Below, one piece after another: positions 50,500 to 64,000 of a stretch of DNA of 64,000 bases. Origin of the DNA: Macrostomum lignano (taxonomy: Eukaryota). The position numbers were made by a program, and so were the translations under genes. The notes under the pieces were generated by a model. The model searched no databases. It saw only the letters and a program-made list of their open reading frames with translations, and was not told where the DNA came from. The stretch covers positions 24,552 through 88,551 of the forward strand of contig NIVC01003603.1 in assembly GCA_002269645.1 (NCBI GenBank). The letters are read 5' to 3'. Positions within the stretch are counted from its first letter, which is position 1; each line of letters begins with the position of its first letter.

Positions 50500-52187
50500 A
50501 TGGCTCCAGTCCAGTTTACTGGACAAACTAAATACAACTTGGACTTCCGATTCCGAGCTGCTATGCTATCCAATGCTCCAGTCGCTGTGCCCTATGGCTA
50601 CGATCCTGTTTTGTATAACGATCCAGCAATTCTGGAGGACTTGCTGCAGACGCAGGGCCACTACGCGCCGCATCCGTTCTATTGTCCGGACATCCAGCCA
50701 AACATTGAATTTGAAATGCGTCGGATTATAGTTGAGTGGCTTCGCGATGTAAGTGTACATTTCTTTTACTATTGTCTTGATATTATTATACATCAATTTA
50801 ATTATTTATACCAAAACTTATTATAATTATTAACAAAACACACCCTTCAATGTCGCCCAGGTGTGTACAGATGCGAACTTTCTGGAAGGCTTGCCCAATT
50901 CAGTTCAAATGTTGGACCGCTATCTCAGCAAACCCGTGGCCAAGCCGGATCCCAACGATTTGCAATTGCTAGCGGCGGCTTGCATGTTTATTACTAGCAA
51001 GATCAAAGCTGTTGAACCAATGAGCGCAGCGACTGTGGTCTCTTATACTGATAATTTTATTGAGCTCGAACAGTTGCTGGTGAGTCTGTTTACTCTCTGT
51101 ACCACTCTGTCTGAGTCTGTACTTTACTGATGACTTTACTGAAGGAGCTACCTGTCCACTAAAGGACCTGTTGGATAGGGGTTGCAGCCCACTGAAGGAC
51201 CCGTTGGATAGGGGGTTGCAGCCCACTGAAGGACCCGTTGGATTGGGGGTTGCAGTCCACTAAAGGACCCGTTGGATAGAGGGTTGCAGCCCACTGAAGG
51301 ACCCGTTGGATAGGGGGTTGCAGCCCACTGAAGGACCCGTTGGATAGGGGGTTGCAGCCCACTGAAGGACCCGTTGGATAGAGGGTTGCAGCCCACTGAA
51401 GGACCCGTTGGATAGAGGGTTGCAGCCCACTGAAGGACCCGTTGGATAGGGGGTTGCAGCCCACTGAAGGACCCGTTGGATAGAGGGTTGCAGCCCACTG
51501 AAGGACCCGTTGGATAGAGGGTTGCAGCCCACTGAAGGACCCGTTGGATAGAGGGTTGCAGCCCACTGAAGGACCCGTTGGATAGAGGGTTGCAGCCCAC
51601 TGAAGGACTTGTTAGACAGTTGGTTGTCATTAACAGTAACAGTTCACTTAAAAAAATGAATTGTTGCCATTGCCAATTGCAGATCGTGGAGCTGCACATA
51701 GCCAAGGCCCTGGATTGGGATCTTGTCGGTGTCACAGTTTACGACGTGACCTTCACCCTCATCCGCTACCTGCAGCGCGACCTCGTCATTGGCGAGTTGG
51801 AGGCGGGCCTCCTGCTAGGACAGGCCCAGCTCTGCCTCATGGCTTTCCTGCTCGGTGCGCTTGCGATGACCGATGGGATGACGAGGGGATTGACAGAATG
51901 GGGTTGGGATTCTATGGGATTACTGGGATTCGCATCTCAATGATAGGAATTTTAGCTTTGCAAATTAAAATCGCTAGCCAGCCACATGTACACCTGCTTG
52001 CATTTTTATTTAAATATCGTCCCACATTGATCTATCCAACCTTGCAGATCACGAGTCGCTGCGCTACCCTGTGTCACACCTGGCCGCCGCCTCGGTTCAC
52101 TACCTGGCCTGGCGAGAGCTGAATTTGTCTCAGCACGATTTGCTTTCTATTGAGCAGCGGCTGCTCAAACTGATGCACGTTGACCCG
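50500..52187 (+). CDS. CCND: Cyclin D-like protein, 3'-incomplete. join(50500..50748,50861..51079,51683..51854,52048..52187,...); an alternative in-frame ATG lies at 50473
   Basis: DPVLYND..LEDLL..Q..Y.P...Y...QPNI (the cyclin D DPxLxxxRVL region), cyclin box MRRIIVEWLRDV, LDRYLS, LQLLAAACMFITSK, YTDNFI, ELHIAKALDWDL and YPVSHLAAASV. GT-AG junctions are phase-consistent (0,0,1,0). Confidence 0.85.
51150..51612 (+). repeat. Intronic minisatellite, 34-bp unit GTTGCAGCCCACTGAAGGACCCGTTGGATAG(A/G)GG, in cyclin intron 2
   Basis: Period of 34 (51181 to 51215). Confidence 0.96.
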
Positions 52188-52271
52188 GTGAGTTCATCGT
52201 TTTTTAAACAGTTATTGTGTAATGTTCATTCTACAATTTCCGGTAGTATTGTAGTTTGGTATGTTTTTAAT

Positions 52272-53254
<983 letters not shown>

Positions 53255-53400
53255 TCCTATATACTAAAAATGTGATGTCTATATATATATATATATATAT
53301 GTGATAGATTAGAGAAAAAATGGCTGGACCGATTTTGTTCGAACTTGCACTGTTCGATCAGAAATTTTCCCGTGACGGTACATGCATCGTGGATAAGAAA
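53255..53400 (+). mobile_element. Possible 5' end of another non-autonomous Helitron-like element
   Basis: A|TCCTATATACTAAAAAT, then a (TA)n microsatellite, then AAAAATGGCTGGACCGATTTTG..AACTTGCAC. This is the same layout as the 5' ends of copies A-C. No 3' end was identified. Confidence 0.45.
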
Positions 53401-53869
53401 TTGCTCGATGCTAAAGGCATTAAATATTCGAAAAACATGCTTTTTTGCAAAGGTCAAGCAAACTTTTCGACTTGAAATGCATTGTAAGAATGCTAGAGAA
53501 AAAAATGACTGGTTGAATTCTGATTCTGAAATAGATTGCATCATAACTGAATTGTAACTCCGACTTGAATTGAAAATGCAGTGTGGAAGCGTAGCACCAG
53601 ACTTGATTTAAATTGCGTAACCATATTGTTAACTGATACTGACTGACTGAGAAACTGATTATGTCATAACTGCTTCGTGTGATTTACTCTTTGCTTGGAT
53701 TTTCAAGTGTTGAATTATATAATTATGATGTTATCAAAACGATGAGAGCTAGCCTAGAGGTAAACAAACTGAACTGCTAAATGCAGCGACGATGGTTCGA
53801 ATTTTCATAGAGTATAATTTTTTTAATTAAAACTTTTCAACGTCAGGAAAACTAAAAGACTTTTTAAAA

Positions 53870-56800
53870 AGAAGCGTAATGTAAAAATCATAGAAGCGTC
53901 ATGTAAAAATCATAAAAGCGTCATGTAAAAATCATAAAAGCGTCATGTAAACAATCATAAAAGCGTCATGTAAACAATCATAGAAGCGTCATGTAAACAA
54001 TCATAGAAGCGTCATGTAAACAATCATAGAAGCGTCATTTAAAAAATCATAGTAGCGTCATGTAAACAATCATAGATGCGTCATTTAAAAAATCATAGAA
54101 GCGTCATAGAAGAATCATAGATGCGTCATTTAAAAAATCATAGAAGCGTCATGTAAAATATCATAGAAGCGTCATGTAAAAAATCATAGAAGCGTCATGT
54201 TAACAATCATAGAAGCGTCATGTAAAAAATCATAGAAGCGTCATATAACAATCATAGAAGCGTCATGTAAACAATCATAGAAGCGTCATATAAAAATCAT
54301 ACAAGCGTCATGTAAAAAATCATAGAAGCGTCATGTGAACAATCATAGAAGCGTCATGTAAACAATCATAGAAGCGTCATGTAAACAATCATAGAAGCGT
54401 CATGTAAACAATCATAGAAGCGTCATGTAAACAATCCTAGAAGCGTCATGTAAACAATCATAGAAGCGTCAGGTAAACAATCATAGAAGCGTCATATAAA
54501 AATCATACAAGCGTCATGTAAACAATCATAGAAGCGTCATGTAAACAATCATAGAAGCGTCATGTAAACAATCATAGAAGCGTCATGTAAACAATCATAG
54601 AAGCGTCATGTAAACAATCATAGAAGCGTCATGTAAACAATCATAGAAGCGTCATGTAAAAAATCATAGAAATGCCATGTAAAAAATCATAGAAGCGTCA
54701 TGTAAAAAATCATAGAAGCGTCATGTAAACAATCATAGATGCGTCATTTAAAAAATCATAGAAGCGTCATGTAAAATATCATAGAAGCGTCATGTAAACA
54801 ATCATAGAAGCGTCATGTAAAAATCATAGAAGCGTCATATAAAAATCATACAAGCGTCATGTAAAAAATCATAGAAGCGTCATGTAAACAATCATAGAAG
54901 CGTCATGTAAACAATCATAGAAGCGTCATGTAAACAATCATAGAAGCGTCATGTAAACAATCATAGAAGCGTCATGTAAACAATCCTAGAAGCGTCATGT
55001 AAACAATCATAGAAGCGTCAGGTAAACAATCATAGAAGCGTCATATAAAAATCATACAAGCGTCATGAAACAATCATAGAAGCGTCATGTAAAAAATCAT
55101 AGAAGCGTCATGTAAAAAATCATAGAAGCGTCAGGTAAAAAATCATAGAAGCGTCATGTAAAAAATCATAGAAGCGTCATGTAAAAAATCATAGAAGCGT
55201 CATTTAAAAATCATAGAAGCGTCATGTAAAAAATCATAAAAGCCTTATTTAAAAACTAATGAAAGTGTCATTTTAAAAATTAAGAAGCATCACGGTAGAA
55301 TAAAAGAAACGTCATGTCAGACATGAAGGGTGTCATGTAAAAATCATAAAAGCGTCATGTAAACAATCATAAAAGCGTCATGTAAACAATCATAGAAGCG
55401 TCATGTAAACAATCATAGAAGCGTCATGTAAACTATCATAGAAGCGTCATATAAAAAATCATAGAAGCGTCATGTAAAAAATCATAGAAGCGTCATGTAA
55501 ACAATCATAGAAGCGTCATGTTAAAAATCATAGAAGCATCATTTAAAAATCATAGAAGCGTCATGTAAACAATCATAGAGCGTCATGTAAACAATCATAG
55601 AAGCGTCATGTAAAAAATCTTAAAGCGTCATGTAAACAATCATAGAAGCGTCATGTAAACAATCATAGAAGCGTCATGTAAACAATCATAGAAGCGTCAT
55701 GTAAAAAATCTTAGAAGCGACATGTAAACAATCATAGAAGCGTCATGTAAACAATCATAGAAGCGTCATGTAAACAATCATAGAAGCGCCATGTAAAACA
55801 TTATAGAAGCGTCATGTAAACAATCATAGAAGCGTCATGTAAAAAATCATAGAAGCGTCATGTAAACAATCATAGAAGCGTCATGTAAACAATCATAGAA
55901 GCGTCATGTAAACAATCATAGAAGCGTCATGTAAACAATCATAGAAGCGTCATGTAAACAATCATAGAAGCGTCATGTAAACAATCATAGAAGCGTCATG
56001 TGAACAATCATAGAAGCGTCATGTAAAAAATCGTAGAAGCGTCATGTAAGCAATCATAGAAGCGTCATGTAAAAAATCGTAGAAGCGTCATGTAAACAAT
56101 CATAGAAGCGTCATGTAAACAATCATAGAAGCGTCATGTAAACAATCATAGAAGCGTCATTTAAAAATCTTAGAGGCGTCATGTAAACAATCATAGAAGC
56201 GTCATGTAAAAAATCGTAGAAGCGTCATGTAAACAATCATAGAAGCGTCATGTAAACAATCATAGAAGCGTCATGTAAACAATCATAGAAGCGTCATGTA
56301 AACAATCATAGAAGCGTCATTTAAAAAATCTTAGAGGCGTCATGTAAACAATCATAGAAGCGTCATGTAAAAAATCGTAGAAGCGTCATGTAAACAATCA
56401 TAGAAGCGTCATTAAAAAACATAGAAGCGTCATGTAAAAAATCATAGAAGCGTCATGTAAACAATCATAGAAGCGTCATTAAAAAATCATAGAAGCGTCA
56501 TTTAAAAAATCATAGAAGCGTCATTAAAAAATCATAGAAGCGTCATTTAAAAAATCATAGAAGCGTCATATAAAAATCGTAGAAGCGTCATGTAAACAAT
56601 CATAGAAGCGTCATTTAAAAATCATAGAAGCGTCATGTAAACAATCATAGAAGCGTCATGTAAAAAATCGTAGAAGCGTCATGTAAAAAATCTTAGAAGC
56701 GTCATGTAAACAATCATAGAAGCGTCATTTAAAAAATCATAGAAGCGTCATAAAAATCATAGAAGCGTCATTAAAAAATCATAGAAGCGTCATGTAAAAA

Positions 56801-59800
56801 TCATAGAAGCGTCATGTAAAAAATCATAGAAGCGTCATGTAAAAATCATAGAAGCGTCATGTAAAAAATCATAGAAGCGTCATATAACAATCATAGAAGC
56901 GTCATGTAAACAATCATAGAAGCGTCATGTAAACAATCATAGAAGCGTCATGTAAACAATCATAGAAGCGTCATGTAAACAATCATAGAAGCGTCATGTA
57001 AACAATCATAGAAGCGTCATGTAAACAATCATAGAAGCGTCATGTAAACAATCATAGAAGCGTCATGTAAACAATCATAGAAGCGTCATGTAAACAATCA
57101 TAGAAGCGTCAGTAAACAATCATAGAAGCGTCATATAAAAATCATAGAAGCGTCATGTAAACAATCATAGAAGCGTCATGTAAACAATCATAGAAGCGTC
57201 ATGTAAACAATCATAGAAGCGTCATGTAAACAATCATAGAAGCGTCATGTAAACAATCATAGAAGCGTCATATAAAAATCATAGAAGCGTCATGTAAACA
57301 ATCATAGAAGCGTCATTAAAAAATCATAGAAGCGTCATGTAAAAAATCATAGAAGCGTCATGTAAAAATCATAGAAGCGTCATGTAAAAAATCTAGAAGC
57401 GTCATGTAAACAATCATAGAAGCGTCATGTAAACAATCATAGAAGCGTCATGTAAACAATCATAGAAGCGTCATGTAAACAATCATAGAAGCGTCATGTA
57501 AACAATCATAGAAGCGTCATGTAAAAAATCATAGAAGCGTCATGTAAACAATCATAGAAGCGTCATGTAAACAATCATAGAAGCGTCATGTAAACAATCA
57601 TAGAAGCGTCATGTAAAAATCATAGAAGCGTCATGTAAACAATCATAGAAGCGTCATGTAAACAATCATAGAAGCGTCATGTAAACAATCATAGAAGCGT
57701 CATGTAAACAATCATAGAAGCGTCATGTAAACAATCATAGAAGCGTCATGTAAACAATCATAGAAGCGTCATGTAAACAATCATAGAAGCGTCATGTAAA
57801 CAATCATAGAAGCGTCATGTAAAAAATCATAGAAGCGTCATGTAAACAATCATAGAAGCGTCATGTAAACAATCATAGAAGCGTCATGTAAACAATCATA
57901 GAAGCGCATTGTAAAACATCATAGAAGCGTCATGTAAACAATCATAGAAGCGTCATGTAAAAAATCATAGAAGCGTCATGTAAACAATCATAGAAGCGTC
58001 ATGTAAACAATCATAGAAGCGTCATGTAAACAATCATAGAAGCGTCATGTAAAAAATCATAGAAGCGTCATGTAAACAATCATAGAAGCGTCATGTAAAC
58101 AATCATAGAAGCGTCATGTAAACAATCATAGAAGCGTCATGTAAAAAATCATAGAAGCGTCATGTAACAATCATAGAAGCGTCATGTAAACAATCATAGA
58201 AGCGTCATGTAAACAATCATAGAAGCGTCATGTAAACAATCATAGAAGCGTCATGTAAACAATCATAGAAGCGTCATTAAAAATCATAGAAGCGTCATGT
58301 AAACAATCATAGAAGCGTCATGTAAAAATCATAGAAGCGTCATGTAAACAATCATAGAAGCGTCATGTAAACAATCATAGAAGCGTCATGTAAACAATCA
58401 TAGAAGCGTCATGTAAACAATCATAGAAGCGTCATTAAAAAATCATAGAAGCGTCATGTAAACAATCATAGAAGCGTCATGTAAAAATCAGAAGCGTCAT
58501 GTAAACAATCATAGAAGCGTCATGTAAAAATCATAGAAGCGTCATGTAAAAATCATAGAAGCGTCATGTAAACAATCATAGAAGCGTCATGTAAAAAATC
58601 ATAGAAGCGTCATTAAAAATCATAGAAGCGTCATGTAAAAAATCATAGAAGCGTCATGTAAAAAATCATAGAAGCGTCATATAAAAATCATAGAAGCGTC
58701 ATGTAAACAATCATAGAAGCGTCATGTAAAAATCATAGAAGCGTCATGTAAACAATCATAGAAGCGTCATGTAAACAATCATAGAAGCGTCATGTAAACA
58801 ATCATAGAAGCGTCATGTAAACAATCATAGAAGCGTCATGTAAACAATCATAGAAGCGTCATGTAAACAATCATAGAAGCGTCATGTAAACAATCATAGA
58901 AGCGTCATGTAAACAATCATAGAAGCGTCATGTAAACAATCATAGAAGCGTCATGTAAACAATCATAGAAGCGTCATGTAAACAATCATAGAAGCGTCAT
59001 GTAAACAATCATAGAAGCGTCATGTAAACAATCATAGAAGCGTCATGTAAACAATCATAGAAGCGTCATGTAAAAATCATAGAAGCGTCAGTAAACAATC
59101 ATAGAAGCGTCATATAAAAATCATAGAAGCGTCATGAAACAATCATAGAAGCGTCATGTAAAAATCATAGAAGCGTCATGTAAAAAATCATAGAAGCGTC
59201 ATGTAAAAAATCATAGAAGCGTCATGTAAAAAATCATAGAAGCGTCATGTAAAAAATCATAGAAGCGTCATTTAAAAATCATAGAAGCGTCATGTAAAAA
59301 TCATAGAAGCGTTTAAAAATCATAGAAGCGTCATTAAAAATCATAGAAGCATCATGTAGAATAAAAGAACGTCATGTCAACATAGAAGCGTCATGTAAAA
59401 ATCATAGAAGCGTCATGTAAACAATCATAAAGCGTCATGTAAACAATCATAGAAGCGTCATGTAAACAATCATAGAAGCGTCATGTAAACATCATAGAAG
59501 CGTCATGTAAAAATCATAGAAGCGTCATGTAAAAAATCATAGAAGCGTCATGTAAACAATCATAGAAGCGTCATGTAAAAATCATAGAAGCGTCATTAAA
59601 AAATCATAGAAGCGTCATGTAAACAATCATAGAAGCGTCATGTAAACAATCATAGAAGCGTCATGTAAAAATCATAGAAGCGTCATGTAAACAATCATAG
59701 AAGCGTCATGTAAACAATCATAGAAGCGTCATGTAAAAATCATAGAAGCGTCATGTAAAAATCATAGAAGCGTCATGTAAACAATCATAGAAGCGTCATG

Positions 59801-62800
59801 TAAACAATCATAGAAGCGTCATGTAAACAATCATAGAAGCGTCATGTAAAACATCATAGAAGCGTCATGTAAACAATCATAGAAGCGTCATGTAAAAAAT
59901 CATAGAAGCGTCATGTAAACAATCATAGAAGCGTCATGTAAACAATCATAGAAGCGTCATGTAAACAATCATAGAAGCGTCATGTAAAAAATCATAGAAG
60001 CGTCATGTAAACAATCATAGAAGCGTCATGTAAACAATCATAGAAGCGTCATGTAAAATCATAGAAGCGTCATGTAAAAATCATAGAAGCGTCATGTAAA
60101 TCATAGAAGCGTCATGTAAAAAATCATAGAAGCGTCATGTAAACAATCATAGAAGCGTCATGTAAACAATCATAGAAGCGTCATGTAAACAATCATAGAA
60201 GCGTCATTAAAAAATCATAGAAGCGTCATGTAAACAATCATAGAAGCGTCATGTAAAAATCATAGAAGCGTCATGTAAACAATCATAGAAGCGTCATGTA
60301 AAAATCATAGAAGCGTCATGTAAAAATCATAGAAGCGTCATGTAAACAATCATAGAAGCGTCATGTAAAAATCATAGAAGCGTCATGTAAACAATCATAG
60401 AAGCGTCATGTAAAAATCATAGAAGCGTCATGTAAACAATCATAGAAGCGTCATGTAAAAACATAGAAGCGTCATGTAAAAAATCATAGAAGCGTCATGT
60501 AAACAATCATAGAAGCGTCATGTAAAAATCATAGAAGCGTCATGTAAAAAATCATAGAAGCGTCATGTAAAAATCATAGAAGCGTCATGTAAAAAATCAT
60601 AGAAGCGTCATGTAAAAATCATAGAAGCGTCATGTAAAATCATAGAAGCGTCATGTAAAAATCATAGAAGCGTCATGTAAAAATCATAGAAGCGTCATGT
60701 AAAAATCATAGAAGCGTCATGTAAAAATCATAGAAGCGTCATGTAAACAATCATAGAAGCGTCATGTAAAAATCATAGAAGCGTCATGTAAAATCATAGA
60801 AGCGTCATGTAAAAAATCATAGAAGCGTCATGTAAAAAATCATAGAAGCGTCATGTAAAAATCATAGAAGCGTCATGTAAACAATCATAGAAGCGTCATG
60901 TAAACAATCATAGAAGCGTCATGTAACAATCATAGAAGCGTCATGTAAACAATCATAGAAGCGTCATGTAAACAATCATAGAAGCGTCATGTAAAAATCA
61001 TAGAAGCGTCATGTAAAAATCATAGAAGCGTCATGTAAATCATAGAAGCGTCATGTAAACAATCATAGAAGCGTCATGTAAAAAATCATAGAAGCGTCAT
61101 GTAAACAATCATAGAAGCGTCATGTAAAAATCATAGAAGCGTCATGTAAACAATCATAGAAGCGTCATGTAAAAATAAAAGCGTCATGTAAAAATCATAG
61201 AAGCGTCATGTAAACAATCATAGAAGCGTCATGTAAAAATCATAGAAGCGTCATGTAAACAATCATAGAAGCGTCATGTAAACAATCATAGAAGCGTCAT
61301 GTAAACAATCATAGAAGCGTCATGTAAACAATCATAGAAGCGTCATGTAAACAATCATAGAAGCGTCATGTAAAAATCATAGAAGCGTCATGTAAACAAT
61401 CATAGAAGCGTCATGTAAAAATCATAGAAGCGTCATGTAAACAATCATAGAAGCGTCATGTAAAAAATCATAGAAGCGTCATGTAAACAATCATAGAAGC
61501 GTCATGTAAAAATCATAGAAGCGTCATGTAAACAATCATAGAAGCGTCATGTAAACAATCATAGAAGCGTCATGTAAACAATCATAGAAGCGTCATGTAA
61601 AAATCATAGAAGCGTCATGTAAACAATCATAGAAGCGTCATGTAAAAATCATAGAAGCGTCATGTAAAATCATAGAAGCGTCATGTAAAAAATCATAGAA
61701 GCGTCATGTAAAATCATAGAAGCGTCATGTAAAAATCATAGAAGCGTCATGTAAAAATCATAGAAGCGTCATGTAAACAATCATAGAAGCGTCATGTAAA
61801 CAATCATAGAAGCGTCATGTAAAAAATCATAGAAGCGTCATGTAAAAATCATAGAAGCGTCATGTAAAAATCATAGAAGCGTCATGTAAACAATCATAGA
61901 AGCGTCATGTAAAAAATCATAGAAGCGTCATGTAAACAATCATAGAAGCGTCATGTAAACAATCATAGAAGCGTCATTAAAAATCATAGAAGCGTCATGT
62001 AAACAATCATAGAAGCGTCATGTAAAAATCATAGAAGCGTCATGTAAACAATCATAGAAGCGTCATGTAAAAAACATAGAAGCGTCATGTAAACAATCAT
62101 AGAAGCGTCATGTAAACAATCATAGAAGCGTCATATAAAAATCATAGAAGCGTCATGTAAAAAATCATAGAAGCGTCATGTAAAAATCATAGAAGCGTCA
62201 TGTAAAAATCATAGAAGCGTCATGTAAAAATCATAGAAGCGTCATGTAAACAATCATAGAAGCGTCATGTAAAAATCATAGAAGCGTCATGTAAAAATCA
62301 TAGAAGCGTCATGTAAACAATCATAGAAGCGTCATGTAAAAATCATAGAAGCGTCATGTAAAAAATCATAGAAGCGTCATGTAAAAAATCATAGAAGCGT
62401 CATGTAAAAATCATAGAAGCGTCATGTAAAAAATCATAGAAGCGTCATGTAAAAAATCATAGAAGCGTCATGTAAACAATCATAGAAGCGTCATGTAAAC
62501 AATCATAGAAGCGTCATGTAAAAATCATAGAAGCGTCATGTAAATCATAGAAGCGTCATGTAAAAATCATAGAAGCGTCATGTAAACAATCATAGAAGCG
62601 TCATGTAAACAATCATAGAAGCGTCATGTAAAAAATCATAGAAGCGTCATGTAAAAATCATAGAAGCGTCATGTAAAAATCATAGAAGCGTCATGTAAAC
62701 AATCATAGAAGCGTCATGTAAAAATCATAGAAGCGTCATGTAAAATCATAGAAGCGTCATGTAAACAATCATAGAAGCGTCATGTAAAAATCATAGAAGC

Positions 62801-64000
62801 GTCATGTAAACAATCATAGAAGCGTCATGTAAAAATCATAGAAGCGTCATGTAACAATCATAGAAGCGTCATGTAAAAAATCATAGAAGCGTCATGTAAC
62901 AATCATAGAAGCGTCATGTAAAAATCATAGAAGCGTCATGTAAAATCATAGAAGCGTCATGTAAAAAATCATAGAAGCGTCATGTAAACAATCATAGAAG
63001 CGTCATGTAAAAAATCATAGAAGCGTCATGTAAACAATCATAGAAGCGTCATGTAAAAAATCATAGAAGCGTCATGTAAAAAAATCATAGAAGCGTCATG
63101 TAAAAATCATAGAAGCGTCATGTAAATCATAGAAGCGTCATGTAAAAATCATAGAAGCGTCATTAAAAAATCATAGAAGCGTCATGTAAACAATCATAGA
63201 AGCGTCATGTAAAAATCATAGAAGCGTCATGTAAACAATCATAGAAGCGTCATTAAAAATCATAGAAGCGTCATGTAAAAATCATAGAAGCGTCATGTAA
63301 ACAATCATAGAAGCGTCATGTAAAAATCATAGAAGCGTCATGTAAACAATCATAGAAGCGTCATGTAAAAATCATAGAAGCGTCATGTAAAAAATCGTAG
63401 AAGCGTCATGTAAACAATCATAGAAGCGTCATGTAAACAATCATAGAAGCGTCATGTAAACAATCATAGAAGCGTCCATGTAAACAATCATAGAAGCGTC
63501 ATGTAAACAATCATAGAAGCGTCATGTAAAAATCATAGAAGCGTCATGTAAACAATCATAGAAGCGTCATGTAAACAATCATAGAAGCGTCATGTAAACA
63601 ATCATAGAAGCGTCATGTAAAAAATCGTAGAAGCGTCATGTAAACAATCATAGAAGCGTCATGTAAACAATCATAGAAGCGTCATGTAAACAATCATAGA
63701 AGCGTCATGTAAACAATCATAGAAGCGTCATGTAAACAATCATAGAAGCGTCATGTAACAATCATAGAAGCGTCATGTAAACAATCATAGAAGCGTCATG
63801 TAAAAATCATAGAAGCGTCATGTAAACAATCATAGAAGGTCATGTAAAAAATCATAGAAGCGTCATGTAACAATCATAGAAGCGTCCATGTAAACAATCA
63901 TAGAAGCGTCATGTAAACAATCATAGAAGCGTCATGTAAAAAATCATAGAAGCGTCATGTAAAAATCATAGAAGCGTCATGTAAACAATCATAGAAGCGT
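53870..64000 (+). repeat. Satellite array, 23-bp unit AATCATAGAAGCGTCATGTAAAC (A-run variants), roughly 440 copies; continues off the right edge
   Basis: Period of 23 (54364 to 54387). Confidence 0.99.

Overview
This is eukaryotic (animal) genomic DNA, very rich in repeats. The GC-rich, CAG-rich exons and minisatellite-filled introns suggest a free-living flatworm such as Macrostomum, but that is inference only. Two intron-containing genes lie on the + strand. (1) A complete AGAP/centaurin-gamma gene (GTPase-like domain, PH, ArfGAP, ankyrin) with 10 coding exons from 12345 to 48409, about 967 aa. It has a probable internal promoter and an alternative, GTPase-less first exon at 31881-32773 that contains a frame break. 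(2) A cyclin D-like gene with 4 visible exons (50500-52187); its last exon is not found in the window. Large satellites occupy both ends: a 28/31-bp unit (1-9135, with an inverted arm at 9577-10255) and a 23-bp unit (about 53870-64000). The introns hold many distinct mini- and microsatellites, hAT-type MITEs, and three head-to-tail non-autonomous Helitron-like elements (34474-44084, - strand). The most notable observations are a sharply bounded CpG-depleted domain over AGAP exon 1/intron 1 with independent CpG-to-CpA changes in both TIRs of a MITE, two inverted minisatellite pairs with foldback-like architecture, a repeatedly hit hAT target site inside the Helitrons, and a Helitron-like 5' end just before the 23-bp satellite. 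No rRNA, tRNA or CRISPR array was seen. All counts are by eye.
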